64,000 nucleotides of DNA. It comes from a virus (lineage: Duplodnaviria; Caudoviricetes). The DNA lies in the IMG/VR virus record IMGVR_UViG_3300037424_000434, positions 171,766 to 235,765 of that record. One strand, given 5' to 3'. The notes beneath the pieces were generated by a model, which saw nothing but the letters and a program-made list of their open reading frames with translations, was not told the DNA's origin and searched no databases. Made by a program: the position numbers and the translations under genes. Shown here in pieces: positions 55,392 through 64,000 of this stretch. Position 1 is the first letter of the stretch. The number at the start of each line of letters is the position of its first letter.

Positions 55392-58300
55392 ATGATAAAG
55401 AATAAGGGCAAAAAGTTGCTATCTGATCTAAAATTCTATAATGATTATTCAAAATGGAACTATGAGTTGGGGAGATATGAAACATGGGAAGAAGCATGTG
55501 AATCAGTATTTGATACACATTTGATTAAATATAAAGAGTTTCTGTTAGAGTTGCGGCCTTATTTGGATAAAGCTCTTGTGTTATATAAGAACAAATCAAT
55601 CCTTGCCTCGCAGAGGAATTTGCAATATCGAGGGCAGCAAGTATTATCCAAGAACGAACGAATTTACAATTGCGCCACAACGTATATGGACAGTGTAGAT
55701 AAGATTCATAAAGCATTTTTTCTGTCTCTCTGTGGGTGTGGTGTTGGTGTATCACTGCTTAAACGTTGGGTGAGAAAACTCCCCAATATCATCAAGCGTG
55801 ATGACAACAAGGTAAAGCATGTGGTGGTGGAAGATAGTATTGAGGGATGGGCTGATGCTGCTGGGGTTTTGATCAGTTCTTTTTGTGACGGAGAAGTTCC
55901 TTTTCCTGAATATAGAGGGTGTATTATCCATTTTGATTATTCTGCTATCCGGCCCAAAGGTGCAATGATTTCAGGTGGATATAAAGCACCCGGACCAGAT
56001 GGTCTGAAGCAGTCCCTCGAAAGAATCGAATCGTTATTGAGCGACGAATCCTTGATCGGTAAACAAATGAAGTCTATCACAGCATATGATGCGATGATGC
56101 ACTTGGCTGATGCTACACTGTCCGGTGGGGTTAGACGTGCAGCTTTTTCGGTGATAATCGATCCAACCGACGAAGATATGATCGCCGCAAGGACGGGCAA
56201 CTGGAGAGAAACTAATAAACAACGTGAGCGGTCAAACAATTCCATTGGGTTAAAGCGGAATGATTTTTCATATGATACCCTTGAATCATTAGTCAAACTT
56301 AATAATGGGATGTCTGATCTTGGTTTCTGTTTTTTGACATCGGATTATGAAGTATTAAACCCCTGTTTTGAGATTGATATGGCACCTATCTGGGATATTG
56401 AACAGGAAATTACTGGAATAGAGTTTTGCGTGGCTGGGGACACAAAACTTATAACAAAACATGGTATAGTAGAAATCGCAAAAGCAGTTGGTGTCGAACT
56501 TGAAATTTGGAATGGGAAAGAATGGTCTAAAGTTAAACCCTTTAAAACAGGAGATGCCAATAGACTTCATCGTGTTCAGTTGAGCGATGGTTCATATCTT
56601 GACGCAACTGATAACCACAAGTTTTTGGTAAAAGATAGGTTCAACAAGGATTTTTTTGAAGTAGAGACGTTGGAATTAAAGGAGCTACTTAATAATTCAA
56701 AATATGCAATTCAAGTTCCAAGATCAAATATGGTGTATAAGGGGTTTGGTAAAAAAGAAGTTCAAGCATATAATTATGGGTTCATTTTGGGTGATGGTAA
56801 TATACCCAAAAATTCAAAAAAAGTTTATGCTGGGTTATTTTCTGAAGACAAAAAGATTGAATTTAAATCCCATACTGTGATAGGGGAATATTTTAACTAT
56901 AATGGGACTCCGTATACAAAAATTTCATTTGATGATGTGGATTTTGATTTTTGTAAAAGATTGAAATATGAAGATGGTTTGCCCGAAGAGATTTTTGGTT
57001 GGGATGAAAATAGTATATTAGATTTTGTATCTGGATGGGCTGATGCAGATGGAAGCCAAGCATCAAAAGGTATTAGAATTTATGGGAATGAGAGTAAGTT
57101 GAGGGATTGTCAACTGCTTTTAACAAAAGTAGGTATTAATTGTTCTCTTAATCTAATGAGCAAAAAGGGTGTTGTGACTAATTTGGGAGAAAGAAAAAAT
57201 GATGTTTGGTATGTACAGATAACAAATACTTGTAAACTAAAAACACAGAGACTGGCTACAGAAAACTGTGATGATTCCAAATATAAAGGAAAATATCAGA
57301 TTGTCAAATCAGTAACAGAACTTGGTGGTTTATATGAAAGTTTTTGTTTAACCGAAGATAGGTTACATCAATGTGTGTTTAACAATGTTCTAACAAAACA
57401 ATGCAATCTCACTGAAATTAATGCCAAATCATGTATTACTAGAAACAGGCTTGATAAACAAAAATTTTATGATTGTTGTGAAGCCGCCGCAATTATTGGG
57501 ACAATTCAAGCTGGTTATACGAGTTTCCCTTATCTGGGCGAGATTACAGAAAAAATCGTTGAACGTGAATCATTGATTGGTGTGTCAATCACCGCATGGA
57601 TGGACAACCCAGAGTTGTTTGATGCTGACGTATTGGCAGAAGGCGCGAGAATCGTTAAAGAAACCAATAGGAAGATAGCAGCAATTATTGGGATCAATCC
57701 CGCAGCAAGATGTACGACAACAAAACCAAGCGGAAATGCCTCTGTGCTCCTTGGGTGTGCTTCTGGTATCCATGCAGAACATTCCAAGAGATATTTTAGA
57801 ATAATGCAGGTGAATAAGGAAAGTGAGATTGGCAAGTGGATGGCGAAGAGTGTATTGTCTGATATGTATGAGGATTCTGTTTGGAGTTCAATGGACACTG
57901 ATTATGTGATTTATGTTCCAATCGAAAACGATGACATTAGTGTGTTCAAAGACGATATTAAGGGGATTGACCATCTTGAGAAAATCAAGTTTGCACAAGA
58001 GCATTGGATTAACAATGGAAAAAATGTTGAACTATGCACGGTGCCAGAGCTATCCAATAACATCTCATGCACTGTAATTGTGGATGATTACGATAAAGTT
58101 AGTAGATATTTATATGACAATCAAAATGAGTTCACCGCAGTTAGCTTTTTGAGCGATACTGGGGATAAAGATTATCCACAATCTCCCTTTACGTCGGTGT
58201 TGGATTCACAAGAATTGTTGGACAAATATGGTAGTGGTGTAATTTTTGCTTCCGGGCTGATCGTTGATGGTTTGCAATATTTCGGGGATGATTTGTGGGA

Positions 58301-58604
58301 AGCATGTGAGTGTATTTCCGACAAGACCAGAAAATTGTCAGGCACAAGAAAAGATATCTTGTTACAGTCTGATTGGTTGAGAAGGGCCAAACAGTTTGCA
58401 AAAAACAATTTTAAAGGGGACACTCAAACCCTGATATATTGCCTAAAAGATGTTCATTTGTGGCACAAGTGGTGCAAGATAGTTAGGGGATTACGAGACA
58501 TTAATTTTGAAGAGATTTTGATTGAACCTAAGTTTAATGATGTATCTAATTATACAGCACAGGCTTGTTCTGGTAATTCATGTGAGATAAAAACTATTGG
58601 ATAA
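55392..58604 (+). CDS. nrdJ: Class II (B12-dependent, RTPR-like) ribonucleotide reductase containing an intein
   Basis: YNC, IRPKGA, SGGVRR, SNNS, NPCFEI, CNLTEIN, TTKPSGNAS, C-terminal CSGNSC. No NrdB-like gene is visible nearby. Confidence 0.8.
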   Translation: MIKNKGKKLLSDLKFYNDYSKWNYELGRYETWEEACESVFDTHLIKYKEFLLELRPYLDKALVLYKNKSILASQRNLQYRGQQVLSKNERIYNCATTYMDSVDKIHKAFFLSLCGCGVGVSLLKRWVRKLPNIIKRDDNKVKHVVVEDSIEGWADAAGVLISSFCDGEVPFPEYRGCIIHFDYSAIRPKGAMISGGYKAPGPDGLKQSLERIESLLSDESLIGKQMKSITAYDAMMHLADATLSGGVRRAAFSVIIDPTDEDMIAARTGNWRETNKQRERSNNSIGLKRNDFSYDTLESLVKLNNGMSDLGFCFLTSDYEVLNPCFEIDMAPIWDIEQEITGIEFCVAGDTKLITKHGIVEIAKAVGVELEIWNGKEWSKVKPFKTGDANRLHRVQLSDGSYLDATDNHKFLVKDRFNKDFFEVETLELKELLNNSKYAIQVPRSNMVYKGFGKKEVQAYNYGFILGDGNIPKNSKKVYAGLFSEDKKIEFKSHTVIGEYFNYNGTPYTKISFDDVDFDFCKRLKYEDGLPEEIFGWDENSILDFVSGWADADGSQASKGIRIYGNESKLRDCQLLLTKVGINCSLNLMSKKGVVTNLGERKNDVWYVQITNTCKLKTQRLATENCDDSKYKGKYQIVKSVTELGGLYESFCLTEDRLHQCVFNNVLTKQCNLTEINAKSCITRNRLDKQKFYDCCEAAAIIGTIQAGYTSFPYLGEITEKIVERESLIGVSITAWMDNPELFDADVLAEGARIVKETNRKIAAIIGINPAARCTTTKPSGNASVLLGCASGIHAEHSKRYFRIMQVNKESEIGKWMAKSVLSDMYEDSVWSSMDTDYVIYVPIENDDISVFKDDIKGIDHLEKIKFAQEHWINNGKNVELCTVPELSNNISCTVIVDDYDKVSRYLYDNQNEFTAVSFLSDTGDKDYPQSPFTSVLDSQELLDKYGSGVIFASGLIVDGLQYFGDDLWEACECISDKTRKLSGTRKDILLQSDWLRRAKQFAKNNFKGDTQTLIYCLKDVHLWHKWCKIVRGLRDINFEEILIEPKFNDVSNYTAQACSGNSCEIKTIG
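56427..57401 (+). mobile_element. 325-aa intein with LAGLIDADG endonuclease, ending KQ
   Basis: GIEF|CVAGDT...ATDNHKF...YGFILGDG...SGWADADG...FNNVLTKQ|CNL. Confidence 0.92.
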
Positions 58605-58659
58605 ATAGCTTGACTTTCAGTGTGGGATAGGGTACCTTGCTATAAAAGGAGGTACACCT

Positions 58660-58872
58660 ATGGACCCACGTGAAGAGATCGATTATGATTATGCTTGGGA
58701 GTGTTTACTGCAAACAGCAGAATATGAAAATACCGCGCTTGTGGAAGAATACGGTCACCGGTCAATGCAGATCGTGTCTGAGGGGGTAGACAAGAAAGGT
58801 CGAGTGTTCTACTTAGCCCTCAAAACAGAAATATTGCTGCGAATGGAATCGCGGGAAGATAATGGAGTATAA
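58660..58872 (+). CDS. Hypothetical protein
   Basis: 70 aa, AGGAGG RBS, promoter TTGACT-N17-TACCTT at 58610-58638. Confidence 0.6.
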   Translation: MDPREEIDYDYAWECLLQTAEYENTALVEEYGHRSMQIVSEGVDKKGRVFYLALKTEILLRMESREDNGV

Positions 58873-58874
58873 AT

Positions 58875-59159
58875 ATGCTAGAAAGCGTGAAATACGAAAG
58901 AGCTATGTCTGGGTCTGAAATTTCCCGAACACTGGGGATTACCCGGCAAGCCGTGTCACAAGCATTACGGCGCGGAATGGAAAAAGTGTATTACAATCTC
59001 CTTGAATCGGGATTGACAGAAACTCCGACAGAAACAGTGATGTTTATGAGAGAATGGTTTGGTGTTATGGATGACGAGGATATCAACCAATTTTTCGATC
59101 TGCTTTCGAAAGAGATACAGGATGAGATACGAAACGATGAAAGATACGAAATTGAGTGA
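58875..59159 (+). CDS. HTH DNA-binding protein (sigma region 4-like)
   Basis: MSGSEISRTLGITRQAVSQAL. Confidence 0.7.
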   Translation: MLESVKYERAMSGSEISRTLGITRQAVSQALRRGMEKVYYNLLESGLTETPTETVMFMREWFGVMDDEDINQFFDLLSKEIQDEIRNDERYEIE

Positions 59160-59434
59160 TTCCGCTAATCACGAAGTCACTAACTTGTTAGGCATGACTG
59201 ATAATTATGGCACAACGTTCTGCAAGAATTGTTCATATTGTATTGTGTTGAAAACTATAAGAGAGTGTGAATGGGATATTTTTCCCCCAATAAGGGTGGA
59301 CAAATCCACACTATACACCCCCATTGAATTTGATTGCATACACTACGACGCAAGATGATTTACCAAAAAGCCATGAGATGCTTCATGGCTTTTAGTTTGT
59401 TAACATTCCACAAAAAATGTGATATACTCCCTAA

Positions 59435-59749
59435 ATGATAGAAGTTATAAACATAAAATATGCGCCTGTTGGCTGGAAGAACGACCCAAGATATGTCTAT
59501 ATTGGCAGAGCTGGTCATGGGCTTGGCGGTGAGTTTGGAAACCCCATTGCACTCTCGAAAGGGAACAAAAGGGGATCTACTCTCGATTTGTATAGAGCTT
59601 ACTTGGAAGACAGGCTTAAAGAGGATGAGACTTTTGCTAACAAAGTTAAATCTCTTGATGGCAAAGTATTGGTATGTTTCTGTAAGCCAGAAAGGTGCCA
59701 TGGGGATATATTGGCAGAGTATTCTCGAAGGCTAAATAATGTCTGTTGA
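59435..59749 (+). CDS. DUF4326-family protein
   Basis: VYIGR, FGNP, LDGKVLVCFCKPERCHGDILA. Confidence 0.85.
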   Translation: MIEVINIKYAPVGWKNDPRYVYIGRAGHGLGGEFGNPIALSKGNKRGSTLDLYRAYLEDRLKEDETFANKVKSLDGKVLVCFCKPERCHGDILAEYSRRLNNVC

Positions 59750-60785
59750 ACGATTTAAGGTTGAAGAGTTCCTTTTTACTCGCCTAAACAAAGTAAAGCG
59801 CAAAGGTTCCAGTGGATATCGAGCGCGTTGTCCGTTCTGCGGCGATTCCAAACGAAACCCTAATATTAGACGATTTCATATTGACTATTTTGGAAAATAT
59901 GATGAATGGATCTATAAGTGTTATAATGGGGGATGTGGGGAGTCCGGAAACATTCAATCACTTGTTGCTTACATGAAAGGCATTGATTGGAAAGAAGCAA
60001 ACGACGACCTCAAAGATAGGTCATATGACCCCCAAAAATGGAAGGCAAGACTTGATCCAAAGAAAAATTGGATGGAAGAAGAAGATCCTTTGCGCACTAG
60101 TTTGGATATAGATCTAAATCATGAGGCATATTTCCTCAAAGACAAGCCGGAAACCTCTGAGGGGAAAAGATATGTTGATATGTTAAAGAAATTTCATGTT
60201 GATAGAAAAATACCTTTGAGATATAATATAGCAATTGCCTATGCGGGCAAGTATTCCAATCGATATATAATCCCGGTATTTGAGAACAAAGAGATGATAT
60301 ATTTTCAGGGCAGGGATATCTCCGGGGCATCAGGAAACAAGTACCTAAACCCAGATATAGTAAAAGAGAGGGTAATACTCAATCTCAATGAAATGGACGC
60401 TCAGAAGCCCATTGTGGTAGCCGAGGGATTGTTGTGTGGCATGTCCATTGAGGGAAATAACGGCACCTCTTGTCTGGGATCGTGTCCTAGTGATACATTT
60501 CTTGACAAGATTTTTCATACACACCGAAAAGCCGATATCATTATTGCATTAGATAACCCTCTAATAGATGACTCAGGTTTTGAATGTTATGCCAAGTTTA
60601 TGAGAGAATCCATACATGCACCAAGGGTTAGATATTTCTTTATGCCAAATGAAACGCATAAAGACTTGAATGATGTGAGGATTGCTGAGGGTTGGGGTTT
60701 CAACTTATTAGATTTTATTGATAAAAATAGCCATTCTCATTTTATATCCTCCATAAAAATCAATCAGAAGCATAAATATATATGA
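59739..60785 (+). CDS. gp61: gp61-like DNA primase
   Basis: RCPFCGDS...YKCYNGGC Zn ribbon, YFQGR, KYLN, VAEG TOPRIM, DN, KDLND. Confidence 0.88.
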   Translation: MSVERFKVEEFLFTRLNKVKRKGSSGYRARCPFCGDSKRNPNIRRFHIDYFGKYDEWIYKCYNGGCGESGNIQSLVAYMKGIDWKEANDDLKDRSYDPQKWKARLDPKKNWMEEEDPLRTSLDIDLNHEAYFLKDKPETSEGKRYVDMLKKFHVDRKIPLRYNIAIAYAGKYSNRYIIPVFENKEMIYFQGRDISGASGNKYLNPDIVKERVILNLNEMDAQKPIVVAEGLLCGMSIEGNNGTSCLGSCPSDTFLDKIFHTHRKADIIIALDNPLIDDSGFECYAKFMRESIHAPRVRYFFMPNETHKDLNDVRIAEGWGFNLLDFIDKNSHSHFISSIKINQKHKYI

Positions 60786-60824
60786 AATTGTCATATTGTA
60801 TATTTATGTTATGGAGGATTTTTA

Positions 60825-61280
60825 ATGAAGTTAACCCAACCGGGGAGCGATTATGTTCGCATAACCGAAACAAACATGGCCAGTGACGCAATGTTGGCTA
60901 TACCAAGGATACATATCATAAAATTAGATTTTTTAGATCCAACAGAAGAAAAAGTAAACTATGTATTAAAAACATTTAAGTTAACAAACAGGTTTGTGGT
61001 GGATAACAACATCAAATTCTATAATGCGATGTTAAAGAACACCAACAAAAAGTATTATATTGCTAATATTGAGGGCGACAGCCTGATTACCTTTTTCAAA
61101 CGTAATAACAAGGTTCTGTTGGACACAACCAAACTGAATTTGCTGGAAAAAGCGTTTGTATTCTCTATTGCCCTAACGGATGTGCTCAATAATACTGAGG
61201 TTATTATAGCAGAGCGTAAGTTTTATAGAGAGCACCCTGAACCATTTAATAAATGGTCAGGAAATTTGATAATTGTCTGA
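60825..61280 (+). CDS. Hypothetical protein
   Basis: 151 aa, GGAGG RBS. Confidence 0.55.
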   Translation: MKLTQPGSDYVRITETNMASDAMLAIPRIHIIKLDFLDPTEEKVNYVLKTFKLTNRFVVDNNIKFYNAMLKNTNKKYYIANIEGDSLITFFKRNNKVLLDTTKLNLLEKAFVFSIALTDVLNNTEVIIAERKFYREHPEPFNKWSGNLIIV

Positions 61281-62115
61281 GGGTGATGTGAGTAAAAAAG
61301 TTTTGGCATTAGGTCCGTTTATTGGCTCGTTTGAACAAGAAATGTTGACCTTTAGACCACATATGAGATGGATAGAACTTAATTATGGTATAAAATCGGT
61401 GTTCTATTCGTCCCATTTTAATCGAAAGTTTCTTTATCCCCATATAAGCAACAAACGGTATCTGCCGGTGTACAAACAGATTACCAGACAAGAGATCCAT
61501 CAAGATGGATATTCCCACAAAGACGTTGATCAACGGGATTACATTATGATGGTGCGGCAGTTTAAGGACATGATAGTTGAGTCAGTTGGGTGCGCAAAAA
61601 AAGACATCGAACAACAATCACTGCCGTATGTTAAATATATATCTCCAGTGAGTATATACCAAAAGGTCTTTGAACCTGTAAAAGTTCCTATATCAAAAAG
61701 AAAAGGCAATATAATATTCATCCCAGATTTATCTATGAACGAAGAACACGCGGTCGAGATATATGAATATTTAAAAAATACTGTGAGATTTTCTGTAATA
61801 GGTGACATGAAGTGTCATTTGCTTGAAGAAAACGAAGTATTACAAGACATTGATTATATACAGATTGGGTACAAAAAGATAATCACCGCTATAACTAACG
61901 CCAAAGCGGTCATAACACCGTGTTCTCACTGGACAGCAATAGCGAATTTGCAGGGAGTTCCTGTAATATCATGGGGCGAAAACGTTGGACAATATAAACC
62001 AGATGGAATATATCATTTCAACAACAATCAATCCAGAACAGTTTATCATAGTTTTGAGTCTGATATAAAGAAAATGATTAGCCAGATTGATAGTTTTTTG
62101 AAGGAGATACTTTAG
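61273..62115 (+). CDS. Putative glycosyltransferase-like protein (GT9-like C-terminus)
   Basis: ITNAKAVITPCSHWTAIANLQGVPVISW resembles the GT9/heptosyltransferase motif. Confidence 0.45.
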   Translation: MSEGDVSKKVLALGPFIGSFEQEMLTFRPHMRWIELNYGIKSVFYSSHFNRKFLYPHISNKRYLPVYKQITRQEIHQDGYSHKDVDQRDYIMMVRQFKDMIVESVGCAKKDIEQQSLPYVKYISPVSIYQKVFEPVKVPISKRKGNIIFIPDLSMNEEHAVEIYEYLKNTVRFSVIGDMKCHLLEENEVLQDIDYIQIGYKKIITAITNAKAVITPCSHWTAIANLQGVPVISWGENVGQYKPDGIYHFNNNQSRTVYHSFESDIKKMISQIDSFLKEIL

Positions 62116-62315
62116 TGCCAATTTATGAATTTGTGTGTACGGTGTGCGAAGACAAGACCCCGATGGCCTATAAAATGAAAATAAGCGAATGGGATGTACA
62201 AGAAGTAATATGTCGGATTTGTGGCGCTAAAGCCACAAAAACCCCCAGTGTAACAACATTTGAATTGAAGGGATCTGGGTGGTTTAGTTCGGGTTATACA
62301 AAATCTGGATCATGA
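62115..62315 (+). CDS. FmdB-family zinc-ribbon protein
   Basis: MPIYEFVCTVC...CRICG...FELKGSGWF. Confidence 0.85.
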   Translation: MPIYEFVCTVCEDKTPMAYKMKISEWDVQEVICRICGAKATKTPSVTTFELKGSGWFSSGYTKSGS

Positions 62316-63172
62316 GACACGAAATAGATATAAATCTCATAAAAAATGAATTCAAAAAAGAAGGTTATATATTAATATCAACAGAATATATAAATTCACG
62401 TACCAAACTGGAATTCATGTGTCCAAACGGCCACAAACACAGTATAAAATGGAATCACTGGAAAAGTGGACATAGATGTGGTAGATGTTGTGGTAATATT
62501 GATGTTTGTTATGATGACATAAAACAGTCATTTAATGGTGAGGGTTATGTATTGCTCTCAGATAGATATATAAATTCTCAAACTAAATTGAATGTTGTGT
62601 GTCCAGAAGGACACGAGCATAGCATTGACTGGGATCATTGGAAATGTGGCAAAAGGTGCGCTGAGTGTTATGGTAATGCTAAAATAACAATAGACATGGT
62701 GAGACAGTCATTTGAAGATGAGGGGTACGTATTGCTCTCAGATGAATGTGCTAACAATAACACAAAAATGGATTTTAGGTGTCCAGCAGGACATAGACAT
62801 GATATTTCATGGGGTAATTGGCAGAGTGGGCGAAGGTGTGGTAAATGTAGCCACCTAATATCAAAACCCGAAAAAGAATTAAAAGAACATATTATAACAT
62901 TGGATGTTCCTTTTATAGAAAATGATAGGACAATAATTTTTAACCAAGAGACAGGTAAGTATTTAGAGCTTGACTTGTGGTTTCCTGAGAAACAGAAAGC
63001 AATAGAGTTTAATGGAAACTATTGGCATGGGTTGGAAAAAACAATGGAGCGTGATCAATATAAGAAAAAGTATTGCGAGTGGAAGGGAATAGAGTTGTTG
63101 GTGATAAAAGAAAGTGATTGGTGTGAACACAAAAAACATGTACAAGAAAGTGTTAGAAAATTTCTATACTGA
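62312..63172 (+). CDS. Putative homing endonuclease with treble-clef Zn repeats
   Basis: Three C.xGH.H...W..GxRC..C repeats, then ELDLWFPEKQKAIEFNGNYWH. Confidence 0.75.
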   Translation: MRHEIDINLIKNEFKKEGYILISTEYINSRTKLEFMCPNGHKHSIKWNHWKSGHRCGRCCGNIDVCYDDIKQSFNGEGYVLLSDRYINSQTKLNVVCPEGHEHSIDWDHWKCGKRCAECYGNAKITIDMVRQSFEDEGYVLLSDECANNNTKMDFRCPAGHRHDISWGNWQSGRRCGKCSHLISKPEKELKEHIITLDVPFIENDRTIIFNQETGKYLELDLWFPEKQKAIEFNGNYWHGLEKTMERDQYKKKYCEWKGIELLVIKESDWCEHKKHVQESVRKFLY

Positions 63173-63175
63173 AAG

Positions 63176-63418
63176 GTGGTGGTTGGTTTGGTTCAGGATA
63201 TACAAAGAGTCAGTGACCCCGATGAGGCATACATATATCGTATTGTGAAATGCCAAGAGTGCGGGGCAAGTTCGGAACAATTTTTAAGTAAAAGCTATTT
63301 AGGGGCTGAGGAACACATTGATTATATCATAGAAGCGACAGGCTTTGTGATCAACAAATCTAAAGGTGGTCTGAATTGCAAAAAATGCGACAGACGCACC
63401 AGAATTAAAGGAGTTTAA
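63176..63418 (+). CDS. Hypothetical Zn-binding protein
   Basis: CQEC...CKKC. Confidence 0.5.
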   Translation: MVVGLVQDIQRVSDPDEAYIYRIVKCQECGASSEQFLSKSYLGAEEHIDYIIEATGFVINKSKGGLNCKKCDRRTRIKGV

Positions 63419-63421
63419 TTA

Positions 63422-63685
63422 ATGAAGGTATTATGTGATGTGGTCTGTTTTGATTGTAAAGTGATTAAGGAGGATGTTAGGCTTGAATATCAAGAAGAGC
63501 CAACCGATATTTGTCCTCGGTGCAGCAAACCAATGACACGCAAACCGGCCTTTGGCTCGTTTGAGCTGAAGTATAATAACAAGACGGATATGTGCGATTG
63601 GACAGGAGAAACTTCCCAGTATTGGAGAAGCTTCAATGAAGCTAGAAGCCGGGGAGAAAACGTCAAACCAGCAGACGAAACGTAG
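63422..63685 (+). CDS. Second FmdB-like zinc-ribbon protein
   Basis: CFDC...CPRC..PMTRKP..GSFELK. Confidence 0.6.
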   Translation: MKVLCDVVCFDCKVIKEDVRLEYQEEPTDICPRCSKPMTRKPAFGSFELKYNNKTDMCDWTGETSQYWRSFNEARSRGENVKPADET

Positions 63686-63739
63686 ATCGGTTTACATATC
63701 AGCTCTCTTGTGATAGTGTGATACGAAAAGGAGATTGAT

Positions 63740-63973
63740 ATGCAACAAGTTGCTATTAAGGTTTGCCGAAAGCCATATGCTCATGACGTGATTGATGAAA
63801 TAGTTCGTAAGCCGAAATATAATCCAAAAACACATAAACACACGGTTACATATAAAACTCATTCCTATATTTTAATGAACACGAGTGTGGGTTATATTAT
63901 CTGGGTGGAGGATTTTTTTTTGTGGGACATAAATAATAGCTTGACATTGGGAAAAGAGTATGCTAAGTTGTAG
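63740..63973 (+). CDS. Hypothetical protein
   Basis: 77 aa, AGGAG RBS, promoter TTTACA-N17-TAGTGT at 63691-63719. Confidence 0.55.
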   Translation: MQQVAIKVCRKPYAHDVIDEIVRKPKYNPKTHKHTVTYKTHSYILMNTSVGYIIWVEDFFLWDINNSLTLGKEYAKL

Positions 63974-64000
63974 TTATACAGAAACAAAGGGTGAGAGATT

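Overview
A 64 kb, almost entirely plus-strand segment of a large T4-like (myovirus or jumbo-type) dsDNA phage genome. It is not bacterial chromosome. It holds: three tail or structural genes; a T4-type replication and recombination core (gp55 late sigma, gp47/gp46, UvsX, gp32, RNase H, primase, NAD ligase, ThyX, dUTPase, class II RNR); host sigma70 promoters plus T4 late TATAAATA promoters; and a 14 kb RNA island with about 31 conventional tRNAs covering all 20 amino acids, a tmRNA and several unexplained structured RNAs. The standout items are (1) a circularly permuted tRNA(UCU) gene at 30818-30897 and two large CCA-ended tRNA-like RNAs in an array headed by an Rnl2 RNA ligase, (2) gp46 fractured by an atypically split intein (26 aa IntN, 122 aa IntC) with a free-standing endonuclease gene between the halves, (3) a phage-encoded PpcA-like triheme cytochrome c7, which suggests a Geobacter or Desulfuromonadales-type host, (4) a group I intron with a variant P7 and an HNH gene in dUTPase, and (5) a Gln-ending intein in RNR. 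All family assignments come from motif recognition by eye. No database searches or folding programs were run.
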